Shown here: positions 35,888 through 44,723 of the stretch, piece by piece
Layout of the letters: each line of letters starts with the position of its first letter
Position numbering within the stretch: position 1 is the first letter of the stretch
Source: Maricaulis salignorans
Lineage (GTDB): Bacteria > Pseudomonadota > Alphaproteobacteria > Caulobacterales > Aquidulcibacteraceae
Assembly (NCBI GenBank): GCA_943372135.1
Contig: CALRXH020000005.1
Span: 51,978-115,977 of the forward strand
Direction of reading: 5' to 3'
Length of the DNA stretch: 64,000 bases
The notes under the pieces: generated by a model
Told to the model about the DNA's origin: nothing
What the model saw: the letters and a program-made list of their open reading frames with translations, nothing else
Databases searched by the model: none
Translations under genes and position numbers: made by a program

Positions 35888-37126
35888 TCACGTCGAAGGT
35901 CCTTCAATGGCGATCAGACGAACATCATTCACATTGGTGCGGGTCGGACCGGTCAGGATAAGGCCGCCCAAGCGCTCGACGAGAGGATAGGTGCGGTTCG
36001 TCTCCAAAGCGTGGAGCGCCTCGCCCGGCTGCATCCAGGATGCGTGCAAATAGCCCCCGGCATTGTGCTGCGTCCCGTCAATCCCGTCTGTGTCGCCAGC
36101 AAGGGCTTCGATCTTGGCCATCTTTGGCAAGGCCGACATCAGACCCACCAGATATTCAAGATTAGGTCCGCCCTGGCCATCCTTGCGGGCTTTGGTGACC
36201 GTCAATTCTCCACCCGAAATCATCAGATGACGACCGGGCGCGCGGGCATGAATCTGGGCTCTTAAGGCATGGGCCTTGCCACAGGTCGCCGCATCGCCTG
36301 TCAAAACCTGACCGGCATCGATCACATGCCAGCCATCGGCTTGGGCGCGGCTTTCAACCGCCCTCAGTGCGTCCCCATTGGTGGCAACAACTTGCACACG
36401 ATGTTCGGCAAGGGTTGCAGGCTGATTGGCCAATATTGCGGCACGAATAGGCTCTGACACATCAACGCCCGCCGTCCGCAATACCGACAAGGCACCCCCA
36501 GGGTCAAATGTTGACGCGATACTTGGGCCAGAGGCGACAAGAGCTGGATCATCGCCCGCGACATCTGAAATCACAAAAGTCAAAAGTTGCGCGCCGCAGG
36601 CACCTGCAACAGCGCCCAAGCGGCCACCTTTTACCCGCGATAAATGTCTGCGCACCAAATTGATATCCTGGATGGGTGCCCCTGAACGCACCAAGGCATC
36701 AGTGATCGCCTGCTTCTCAGCCAAAGTAATGCCCGCTGCTGGGGCGCATAAAAGGGCTGAGCCGCCGCCAGAAGCCAGAAAAATCACGCGGTCATCGGGG
36801 CCTGCGGTTGCGGCCAGTTCCAACATCCTTGTGCCGGCCTGCACACCATTGTTATCTGGAACAGGATGGCCGGCTTCAATCAAATCAATCCCGGTGTGAC
36901 GCAAATCGACGCCATGGCCATGGCGGGTCACGGCAAGGCCCGTCACCGGCCCGTCCAAGGTTTCTGCAGCAACCAAAGCCATTTCGGCCGCTGCCTTCCC
37001 ATAGGCCAAGACCAAGGTTTTGCCTTTGACCAAGCCTTTCGGCAAAGCAGGCGGTAGCACAAGCCGAGGGCTTGCGGCTGCAATGGCTGCCGCGAAATAA
37101 TCGGTCAGCATAGTGCGATAGGCCAT
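35888..37126 (-). CDS. Glycerate kinase type 2 / MOFRL family (TtuD-like)
   Basis: YGKAAAEMA, AGHPVPD, ASGGGSALL, RRHLSRVKGG, SDVAGDD, SGGELTV, GGPN, DTDGIDG, TGPTRTNVND; start uncertain (37111-37135). Confidence 0.9.
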   Translation of the reverse strand: MAYRTMLTDYFAAAIAAASPRLVLPPALPKGLVKGKTLVLAYGKAAAEMALVAAETLDGPVTGLAVTRHGHGVDLRHTGIDLIEAGHPVPDNNGVQAGTRMLELAATAGPDDRVIFLASGGGSALLCAPAAGITLAEKQAITDALVRSGAPIQDINLVRRHLSRVKGGRLGAVAGACGAQLLTFVISDVAGDDPALVASGPSIASTFDPGGALSVLRTAGVDVSEPIRAAILANQPATLAEHRVQVVATNGDALRAVESRAQADGWHVIDAGQVLTGDAATCGKAHALRAQIHARAPGRHLMISGGELTVTKARKDGQGGPNLEYLVGLMSALPKMAKIEALAGDTDGIDGTQHNAGGYLHASWMQPGEALHALETNRTYPLVERLGGLILTGPTRTNVNDVRLIAIEGPST

Positions 37127-37430
37127 GAAGCGCATGCTCCCCTTGAGCAAAAAATGAGCTCTCATCAAGGTCGCGCTTGGAAGGAAAACGTGCAAGGCAA
37201 GACATCACTTCACCCTGCATGTTTTTGGGGCGATGGCTCTACAAGTTGTGGGTCAATCGGATGCAAATCTGGTTCGTCGGCTCAAGACGGCCCACGCCAG
37301 CGGCGCAGCCGTGTCAGCGCGAGAAAATCAGGTCTTCGCCAGCATGGTTTGAATTTGAAATATGCCCATGCTGACTATGGTGCGTGCTGCAATAAACGCA
37401 GTGGGAAACAAATTCCAGTTCTGGGCCAAA

Positions 37431-37457
37431 CCTCTGTGCCCAATGGGGTCACAGAGG
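37431..37457 (-). terminator. Terminator-like hairpin behind the fasciclin remnant
   Basis: CCTCTGTG...CACAGAGG 8-bp stem with TTT following on the minus strand, 15 nt after the stop at 37472. Confidence 0.55.
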
Positions 37458-37471
37458 TCGGGCGCTTTGGT

Positions 37472-37675
37472 TTAGCGGATATAGGGCAGGTCTGCCGGCA
37501 TCAACACGGTATCAATGGCATGGATCAGGCCATTGCTAGCGGGAATATCGGCTTGCACGACATTTGCGTTATTGACTCGAACGCCGTTGCGGCCATCGAT
37601 GGACACAGAATGCCCTTCCAAGGTTGGGCTGGTCATCGTCATCCCCATCAAGCCGGAAGACGGGACCCGGCCCGC
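37472..37675 (-). pseudogene. 3' remnant of a fasciclin (FAS1) domain gene
   Basis: AGRVPSSGLMGMTMTSPTLEGHSVSIDGRNGVRVNNANVVQADIPASNGLIHAIDTVLMP has the FAS1 H2 motif (ASNG.IH.ID.VL); the N-terminal H1 region is absent. Confidence 0.8.
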
Positions 37676-38566
37676 CTGGCCCATGCTCGCATCTTTGCGC
37701 GGGTCAGGCCGGAAGCTAAACTTAAGCTGATCTTGGCTTTTCAAGCCTTGGGCCATGTGGTGGCAATGACCGGCGACGGGGTCAATGATGCGCCAGCCTT
37801 AGAAGCCGCCCATGTCGGTATCGCTATGGGACAGCGCGGGACCGATGTAGCGCGTGAGGCGGCCGACCTTGTGTTGCTTGACGATAGCTTCGCCTCCATC
37901 ATCTCAGGCGTCCGCTTAGGGCGGCGCATTTTTGCCAATTTACGCAAAGCACTGGGCTATGTACTCGCGATCCATATCCCGATTGCTGGGCTCGCCCTGC
38001 TCCCAATTGTCTTGGGTGTACCGCCTCTATTGTTCCCGATGCATATTGTGGTGATGGAATTGATGATCGACCCTATATCCCCCCTCGTCTTTGAGGCAAA
38101 GCCGAGCGAAGCGTCTGCAATGGTACAACCCCCGCGCGCATTGAATGAGCCCCTGTTTGGCATGACGCAAATGGCTTGGGCCGGACTTCAGGGCCTTATC
38201 CTGCTCGCCGGCGTGCTGGGCCTTTATCTCTGGGTGATCAACATGGACATCCCCGAAACGGCAGCACGCTCTATTGGCTATGTCAGTCTGGTGACCGGCA
38301 ATGTGACCCTCGCGCTGGTGAATGGCTACGAGCCTTCAATCAGCCCGTTTGACCGCCGACATCGATTGTTATGGATTGTGGCCTTGCTGGTTTCAACGAC
38401 CTTGGCAGCCATTCTTTATCGACCGTGGTTGAGCCGTATCTTTAAAATGGCCCCATTGGGGGCACATGATCTCGGTCTTGCACTGGGCGTCGCATGCCTG
38501 GCAGGGGGCTGGTCGGTGAGCGCTCGACTGTTGGCCAAACGCCCCATCCCGCAATCAACAACTTGA
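37675..38566 (+). pseudogene. 3' remnant of a cation-translocating P-type ATPase
   Basis: IFARVRPEAKL, VAMTGDGVNDAPAL..AHVGIAMG.RGTDVAREAADLVLLDDSFASI..GVRLGRRIF.NL and C-terminal TMs; no DKTGT or TGES upstream. Confidence 0.85.
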
Positions 38567-38633
38567 TTGACCCCTTACCGAAAATCTGACACGATAAGTG
38601 CCAATAGGCAAAAGGCGCGAGGGGAGAGCGGCA

Positions 38634-39530
38634 TTGAAAGTTCTACGGACACCAGATGCGGCATTTGAGGCGGTTGAAGGCTTTAATTATGAGCCCCGCT
38701 ATCTGAACATCAAAGAACCAGAGAGCCAAACGCCTTTGCGCGTGCATTATGTTGACGAAGGGCCGCGCAACGCCCCGATTGTGCTGATGCTGCATGGCGA
38801 ACCAACCTGGAGCTATCTGTATCGGCACATGATTGGTCCTGTGACCGCTCAAGGCCTGCGCGCGATAGCGCCAGACCTGATTGGCTTTGGTCGCTCAGAT
38901 AAGCCAGCCTTGAAACAGGATTATAGCTATGCCCGGCACGTCGCTTGGATGCGACAGTGGCTTGAGACCCTGGATTTGACGAACATCACCTTGGTCTGTC
39001 AGGACTGGGGGTCGCTGATTGGTCTTCGTCTTCTGGCTGAAATGCCCGAGCGCTTTTCTGCGGTAGTTCTTTCCAATGGCGGCCTTCCAGCAGGCCAACG
39101 TGGCCCCACCGCCTTTAAAATCTGGCGTGCCTTTTCCCAATTCAGCCCCATCTTCCCGATTGGCAAGATCGTACAAGCCGGCACCAAGCGCACGCTGTCG
39201 CCTGCCGAGATCGCCGCCTATGATGCGCCCTTCCCCAATTCCCGCTATAAGGCAGGAGCCCGCATTTTCCCGTCCTTTGTGCCCATCGGCGACAATGTGG
39301 CAGTTCCAGACCAACTAGAAGCCTGGAAGGTATTAGATGCCTGGGAAAAGCCCTTCCTCTGCTGCTTTAGCGATGGCGATCCTGTAACGCGCGGCGGACA
39401 GCGCTTGTTCGTGGGCCGTGTCCCAGGCACAGCCAATCAACCCCACACCACGCTGCATGGGGGCCACTTCATCCAAGAAGACGATCCTGCAGGCTTTGTT
39501 TCCTCTATCCTGAAAGTAGCGAAATCATGA
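38634..39530 (+). CDS. Haloalkane dehalogenase (alpha/beta hydrolase)
   Basis: LHGEPTWSYLYR, APDLIGFGRSDKP, CQDWG nucleophile, AYDAPFP, GGHFIQED; TTG start after GGGGAG. Confidence 0.88.
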   Translation: MKVLRTPDAAFEAVEGFNYEPRYLNIKEPESQTPLRVHYVDEGPRNAPIVLMLHGEPTWSYLYRHMIGPVTAQGLRAIAPDLIGFGRSDKPALKQDYSYARHVAWMRQWLETLDLTNITLVCQDWGSLIGLRLLAEMPERFSAVVLSNGGLPAGQRGPTAFKIWRAFSQFSPIFPIGKIVQAGTKRTLSPAEIAAYDAPFPNSRYKAGARIFPSFVPIGDNVAVPDQLEAWKVLDAWEKPFLCCFSDGDPVTRGGQRLFVGRVPGTANQPHTTLHGGHFIQEDDPAGFVSSILKVAKS

Positions 39531-39940
39531 ATGTGACCAATGAAGTTTTTCCAAGCCCAGAACGTGCAAAAGCCTTCTTTGGCGGCCAAGATGATGGGCC
39601 ATTCTGTATGGTCAATCTGTTGAAGTTCAAGGATAAGGCGACCTATCCCGATGGGGCGGAGCCTGAACTGACGGGCCGTGAAGCTTATATGCGCTATGGC
39701 GTAGCCGTCGTGGCGTGTGTCGAAGCCGTTGGCGGCAAAGCGCGCTTTTCCGGCATGGTCACCGATCTGATGCTGGGCCAAGTCGAAGAGCTGTGGGACA
39801 TGGTGGCAATTGCTGAATATCCTTCCCGAGCTGCCATGTTGGCCATGATAAAAACGCCAGATTATCAAGCCATCGAAGTCCACCGCATGGCAGGCCTTGC
39901 CGGTCAGTTGAATATTCGCACCAAGATGATGGGTGGCTAA
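39527..39940 (+). CDS. DUF1330 domain protein
   Basis: MVNLLKFKD.A.YPDG....TGREAYMRYG, WD.VAIAEYPSRAA, HR.AGLAGQLNI; ATGA-coupled to the dehalogenase. Confidence 0.85.
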   Translation: MNVTNEVFPSPERAKAFFGGQDDGPFCMVNLLKFKDKATYPDGAEPELTGREAYMRYGVAVVACVEAVGGKARFSGMVTDLMLGQVEELWDMVAIAEYPSRAAMLAMIKTPDYQAIEVHRMAGLAGQLNIRTKMMGG

Positions 39941-40635
39941 ACGCCGGGTCCCGTGAGGGGCTTTAAGTCTAGAATCGTAAATGGCTGATCGCGGGCTTCT
40001 TGCTTAAAGATGGCCAAGCTTTCGAAATCATGGGGGCCGGCAAAGTCTTGGAAGTGGTCCTGCAAGACCGCCAAGACTTGGGCCCGGAGCGATTGGTCGG
40101 GGATGCGCTCCGTCAGCGTCATGTGAAAGCGAAAGTCATCAAAAATATAGGGATATCCATATTCCCGTAATTGGCTTTCATGGCGAGGATTGATGCCCGC
40201 ATGTAAGCGACGCTTGAGATCAAATTCGCTCAATGGTGCGCGGAAGCTATCAAGTCCGACCACACAATCCGTATGCAGCGCCTGCATCTGCGGCGAGCCC
40301 TCCGCCAGCACAAAAGCTAAGAATGGCCCCAGAGCCGCGACCTGAATTTCCGCTTGGAAAGGGGCATGGCGGGCTGTGAGCGCGCTAAAGGCTGACAGAA
40401 GGCCCGCCTCATCTTGCTCAGGGTGCAACTCAAAAGGGGCCTTTAACGTTGCGTGGAAGCCATAGTGACGCGCGTCTTGCGTTAATTGATCGAGATCGAT
40501 CCCATCTAGGCCGCCAAGAACTGGTCGCTCACAGACTGTGTTGGTGAACGCATCCCGCCCAAGCCAAGCAGAGGCTGCCATGGTCAGAGGGTGCGCCACT
40601 GAGGGCGCATAATAAATCGCGTAACGGGGGATCAT
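39937..40635 (-). CDS. DUF1045 phosphonate metabolism protein (2H-phosphoesterase-like)
   Basis: RYAIYYAP, YGFHATLKAPF, YGYPYIFDDFRFHMTLT (two HxT motifs); coupled to phnM. Confidence 0.88.
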   Translation of the reverse strand: MIPRYAIYYAPSVAHPLTMAASAWLGRDAFTNTVCERPVLGGLDGIDLDQLTQDARHYGFHATLKAPFELHPEQDEAGLLSAFSALTARHAPFQAEIQVAALGPFLAFVLAEGSPQMQALHTDCVVGLDSFRAPLSEFDLKRRLHAGINPRHESQLREYGYPYIFDDFRFHMTLTERIPDQSLRAQVLAVLQDHFQDFAGPHDFESLAIFKQEARDQPFTILDLKPLTGPGV

Positions 40636-41777
40636 CCCACTACTTGTCCTTCACGCCAAACCGAGCGCACAATGGGCCAACCGTTGGGCGAAAGATAGAC
40701 CCGAACCATATCAGCCCGCTGCCCAACTTTAATCTCGCCGCGATCGGTCAATCCACACACATGGGCGGGATTTTTGGCCACTGTATCAATTGCGCGTTGG
40801 ATCGGCCAATAGAACGGGGCCTCTGCCAACATGAACGCTGCCCGGATCATCGACAACGGCACATAGTCTGACGACAATATGTCCAACAAGTCTTCCGCCG
40901 CGCAGGCTCGCGCACTTAAATTGCCAGAGTGGGAGGCACCGCGTACAAAGTTTGGGCCACCCATCACATTGAGCAAGCCGAGTTCGCGGGCGCGCTTGGC
41001 GGCATCTAAACTGACTGGAAACTCAGCGGCGACACAGCCATCTTGGTGGCTTTCGTTGACGTGTTCAATCGTCGCGTCATCATGGCTCATCAATGCGATG
41101 CCATACTCTTGGGCCAAAGCCACAATCGTTTCGCGGTTTTTCGGTCCAACCGAAGGGTCGCGCCAATTGGTCTCGGTGGCGAGCATCGAGGCCACTTCTT
41201 CCTTCGCCGTACCAGCTTTTTCGAGCCGCTCTTTAAAGCGATTGAGGTCGGCCGTTTGGCGTTGGCCGGGGGTATGATCCATGACCGAAAGCAGCTTGAG
41301 CCGGGGGTTGTCGAGATGGGGCTCAACCAAGCTCAAAAGCTCAGGATTTGTGATCTCACAGCGCAAATGGAGCAAATGCTCTGCCCGCAGCAAACCTTCA
41401 GAGCCCGCCTGATCCATAGCCGCAATCATTGGTGCCAAAGCCTCTTTGCGGTCGAGACCATCTTTGCGACCATGCAGACTGAGGCTGTCAAAGACGGTCG
41501 TGATACCCGCCATGATGCATTGGCCATCATGAGCCAAGGCTGCGCCCAAACTATCCCAGCGCGCACCCGGACGTGGCTGATAATGCTTTTCCAGATTGTC
41601 TGTGTGGATATCAACAAGGCCCGGAATGAGAAGGTCATCTCCGCAATCAACCGCGTCGCTATTTGCGTCGGTCGCAGCCTCAATAGCGGCGATTGCGCCA
41701 TCTTCCACGTGAATATGACCACTGAGGACGCCTTGCGGTGTTACGATCTGCCGAGAAAAAATTGCATGGTTCGTCAT
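40632..41777 (-). CDS. phnM: alpha-D-ribose 1-methylphosphonate 5-triphosphate diphosphatase (copy 1)
   Basis: PGLVDIHTDNLE, GITTVFDSL, HLRCE, MDHTPGQRQ, SHDD, AEFP, GGPNFVRGASHSGNLSA, LSSDYVP. Confidence 0.93.
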   Translation of the reverse strand: MTNHAIFSRQIVTPQGVLSGHIHVEDGAIAAIEAATDANSDAVDCGDDLLIPGLVDIHTDNLEKHYQPRPGARWDSLGAALAHDGQCIMAGITTVFDSLSLHGRKDGLDRKEALAPMIAAMDQAGSEGLLRAEHLLHLRCEITNPELLSLVEPHLDNPRLKLLSVMDHTPGQRQTADLNRFKERLEKAGTAKEEVASMLATETNWRDPSVGPKNRETIVALAQEYGIALMSHDDATIEHVNESHQDGCVAAEFPVSLDAAKRARELGLLNVMGGPNFVRGASHSGNLSARACAAEDLLDILSSDYVPLSMIRAAFMLAEAPFYWPIQRAIDTVAKNPAHVCGLTDRGEIKVGQRADMVRVYLSPNGWPIVRSVWREGQVVG

Positions 41778-41805
41778 CGGAAGTCTCCGTTTCCGGTATA
41801 TTGAT

Positions 41806-41816
41806 TTAGTCTAAAC
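41806..41816. promoter_or_regulatory. Candidate PhnF (HutC-type GntR) operator upstream of phnM1
   Basis: TTAGTCTAAAC contains GTNTANAC, the HutC-subfamily core; related motifs at 47016 and 47057. Confidence 0.5.
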
Positions 41817-41877
41817 ATGTCACAAGACGCCGCTATGACGGTCGCAAGAGCGTGCCAACAACATCGGAGCGTCTTGT

Positions 41878-42210
41878 TCATTTCAGTGTCTCGCCGACGC
41901 GGACCAACGTCCCGTCTGGGTCCACCAGCCGAAACTCATCTGCGCCCCAGTCCATGTGCAATAATGTCGCCTCAGCTTCTTTCGCCCCTGCGGGCACGTT
42001 TTCGCCGCGCAGATAAACTCTCTGACCAACTCCTGTTTGAGGATCAGCCACAGACGCAAACTGAAGCTCTACCTGGCCAGACTGCATCAGCAATAGGTCA
42101 GGATAGGTTCGCGCCACGCTGAAACCTAGCCGACCATAGAATGCCGCCGTCGCCGCAAAGTCGAAAGATGGCAAGACAGGGCTTGCCGAAGTGGCGCGCC
42201 AAGCGCTCAC
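41878..42210 (-). CDS. VOC/glyoxalase (bleomycin-resistance protein-like)
   Basis: SPVLPS.D..AT.AFY..LGF, DWG..EF.LVDPDG.LVR; ATGA-coupled to phnL. Confidence 0.85.
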   Translation of the reverse strand: MSAWRATSASPVLPSFDFAATAAFYGRLGFSVARTYPDLLLMQSGQVELQFASVADPQTGVGQRVYLRGENVPAGAKEAEATLLHMDWGADEFRLVDPDGTLVRVGETLK

Positions 42211-42911
42211 GCAGCGGCCTTGTATTCCGACACATTGAATAAACGCGTGGCCACCGCGTCGCGCACATCATGGTCATGGAAAATGCCGACCATGGCGGCA
42301 CCCTTGGCCAAGGCCGCATTGATCAGTTCCACCACGATGGCGCGATTGGCGGCATCCAGCGAAGCGGTAGGCTCATCCAACAGAAGGACCGGATATTCGC
42401 GAATGAAGCTTCGTGCGATATTGACGCGTTGTTGCTCCCCACCAGAGAAAGTTGACGGCGGCAATTCCCAATGGGCTTCTGGCAAACGCAAAGCTTGCAG
42501 AAGGGTGATCGCCCGCTCGCGTGCTTCTTCCAGCTCGACGCCATTTTCAAGAAGCGGCTCAATGACAAGATCGAGTGTAGAGACCCGTGGGATGACCCTC
42601 AGGAACTGACTGACGTAGCCTAATGTCCGTCGTCTGATCTCCAGCACCTGATGGGGCGGTGCCTTGGTGATATCCACGGGCGCACCGTCGTGGCTGACGA
42701 AAACCCCGCCCGACGTCGGCAAATAATTGCCATAGATGGTCCGCATCAGGGTCGACTTCCCGACACCGGATTCACCTGCCAAAACCACGCACTCGCCTGG
42801 CATGACTTCCAGTTTGAGGGCCTCAAAGACGCCAATCGACGTGGCACCTTGATTATGCAGGGTGAAAATCTTGCTTAGATCATCAACGCGAATGGCGGCT
42901 TCTTGGGTCAT
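42207..42911 (-). CDS. phnL: C-P lyase system ABC-type ATPase PhnL
   Basis: LSKIFTLHNQG, GESGVGKST, GYVSQFLRVIPRV, PSTFSGGEQQRVNIAR, GIFHD. Confidence 0.95.
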   Translation of the reverse strand: MTQEAAIRVDDLSKIFTLHNQGATSIGVFEALKLEVMPGECVVLAGESGVGKSTLMRTIYGNYLPTSGGVFVSHDGAPVDITKAPPHQVLEIRRRTLGYVSQFLRVIPRVSTLDLVIEPLLENGVELEEARERAITLLQALRLPEAHWELPPSTFSGGEQQRVNIARSFIREYPVLLLDEPTASLDAANRAIVVELINAALAKGAAMVGIFHDHDVRDAVATRLFNVSEYKAAA

Positions 42912-42960
42912 GGGAGGATCGCTTCAAACAAAGGCCAAAGAGGATGGAACTAAGGGTGCG

Positions 42961-43779
42961 TTAGATTTGCAGCACACTTGAGACCAATAATTGGGTGTAG
43001 GGATGTTGTGGGTCGTCGAGCACTTGATCGGCAAGGCCTGTCTCAACCACATGACCGCCCTTCATCACCATCAAGCGATCCGCCATCAAGCGGGCGACAG
43101 CCATGTCATGCGTGACGATGATCGCAGCGAGCCCGAGATCACGCACCAACTCGCGCAACAAGTCCAGCAAACGGGCTTGTACAGACACATCTAGGCCGCC
43201 AGTCGGCTCGTCCATGAAGACAAGGCGCGGGTTGTGGATCAGATTGCGGGCAATCTGAATGCGCTGTTGCATACCGCCGGAGAAATTCCGGGGCTTATCG
43301 TCAACCCGACCCAAATCAAGCTCAACCCGGCTCAACCAATCCATCGTGGATTGGCGCATGTCGCCATAATGGCGCCGTCCGAGGTTCATCAATGGCTCAG
43401 CAACATTGGCACCACCTGACACGCGCATTCTTAGGCCATCGCGCGGATTTTGATGCACAAAGCCCCAATCTTCGCGCTGCATACGGCGGCGGTCTGGCTC
43501 AGACAAATCATAAATGTCGACCAAGCCGTGACGACGGGAGTTGAAGGCAATGGACCCAGATGAAGGGGCCAACTTGCCGGAAATGCAGTTTAGAAGGGTA
43601 GTTTTGCCGGAGCCACTTTCACCCACGATGCCTAAAACTTCACCGGGCCGCATCTCAAAGCTGATATCCAAGCAACCGGCGACATGGCCGTAATGTTTGG
43701 TCAAGTTCGAGACACGCAACAGCGGTTCCACTGTGCCGACAGATTGGGAAGAAGTCGGCCGATCCAAAACTTCAGTCAT
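42961..43779 (-). CDS. phnK: C-P lyase system ABC-type ATPase PhnK
   Basis: GESGSGKTT, WGFVHQNPRDGLRM.VS.GANV.E, FSGGMQQR.QIARNL, DVSVQARLLDL, DDPQHPYTQLLVSS. Confidence 0.95.
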   Translation of the reverse strand: MTEVLDRPTSSQSVGTVEPLLRVSNLTKHYGHVAGCLDISFEMRPGEVLGIVGESGSGKTTLLNCISGKLAPSSGSIAFNSRRHGLVDIYDLSEPDRRRMQREDWGFVHQNPRDGLRMRVSGGANVAEPLMNLGRRHYGDMRQSTMDWLSRVELDLGRVDDKPRNFSGGMQQRIQIARNLIHNPRLVFMDEPTGGLDVSVQARLLDLLRELVRDLGLAAIIVTHDMAVARLMADRLMVMKGGHVVETGLADQVLDDPQHPYTQLLVSSVLQI

Positions 43780-43781
43780 GG

Positions 43782-44723
43782 CTATACTTCCTCTGCCGCG
43801 ATTTCGGTCTCAATGTGTGCAAGCGCGTGACCAGCCATCGGTCCTGCATGACCCTTCTCACGGCGGTCTGCGCAATAATGGCTGTCGGAGCAGACAAACA
43901 TATGCTCGCCTTTGTCGTCGAGGACGACCTCGTCGAGATAGGAGTCGTTCGCGCCGCATAGGGCACAAACTTCGTCCCAGCTTTGTGTCTCAAACGGATA
44001 ATCTTCAAAGTCCAAGCTACGCACCCGCGTAAATGGCGGAACCGCATAGATCCGCTTTTCACGACCGGCACCAAACAACAGGATGGCTGGGTTCATGTGC
44101 ATTTTGGGATTATCGAACTTGGGGATGGGCGATGGGCTCATCAAATAGCGCTCATCAATCATCACCGGATAACCAGCGGTGGCCGCAATCCGTCCGTAGG
44201 CGGATATATTTTCATAAAGCGAGACATATTGCAGGCCATATTCGGCGTAAGCATGCATAGCGCGTGTCTCGGTTTCACGTGGCTCCAAGCCTCGTAAAGG
44301 TTCGGGCTGCGGCACTTGGAACACCATGATCTGACCATCCGCCAAGGGCTGCTCAGGGATGCGGTGCCGCGACTGGATGATCGTCGCTTCGCTGGTGTCT
44401 TCGGTTGTGGCTACGTCTGCCACTGTCGCGAAAAACCGGCGAATGGAGACGGCATTGGTGGTATCGTCGGCCCCTTGGTCGATGCACTTGTAAACGTCGT
44501 CAGGGCCAATGATTGCCGCGGTCAGTTGGATACCGCCTGTACCCCAACCATAAGGCACGGGCATCTCGCGTGAGCCAAAGGGAACTTGATAGCCGGGTAT
44601 TGCCAAAGCCTTCAAAATAGCGCGGCGGATCATCCGCTTGGTCTGCTCATCCAGATAGGCGTAGGTGTAATAGCGGTCTTCTGGTGCGGCATTGGCGCGC
44701 GCGGGTGCTTCAGTAGCGGTCAT
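43782..44723 (-). CDS. phnJ: C-P lyase radical SAM subunit PhnJ
   Basis: YAYLDEQTKRMIRRA, GWGTGG, DQGADDTTNA, CX2CX21CX5C (CALC...FVCSDSHYC). Confidence 0.97.
   Translation of the reverse strand: MTATEAPARANAAPEDRYYTYAYLDEQTKRMIRRAILKALAIPGYQVPFGSREMPVPYGWGTGGIQLTAAIIGPDDVYKCIDQGADDTTNAVSIRRFFATVADVATTEDTSEATIIQSRHRIPEQPLADGQIMVFQVPQPEPLRGLEPRETETRAMHAYAEYGLQYVSLYENISAYGRIAATAGYPVMIDERYLMSPSPIPKFDNPKMHMNPAILLFGAGREKRIYAVPPFTRVRSLDFEDYPFETQSWDEVCALCGANDSYLDEVVLDDKGEHMFVCSDSHYCADRREKGHAGPMAGHALAHIETEIAAEEV

Noticed and set aside
34859-37126. ROK kinase + MOFRL glycerate kinase as a novel pathway
   Set aside because: Both are ordinary carbohydrate kinases separated by ~140 bp, with no transporter, regulator or coupling evidence.
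37154-38566. 470-aa ORF as an intact P-type ATPase
   Set aside because: No DKTGT or TGES motif; the first ~170 aa are antisense fasciclin and intergenic sequence.
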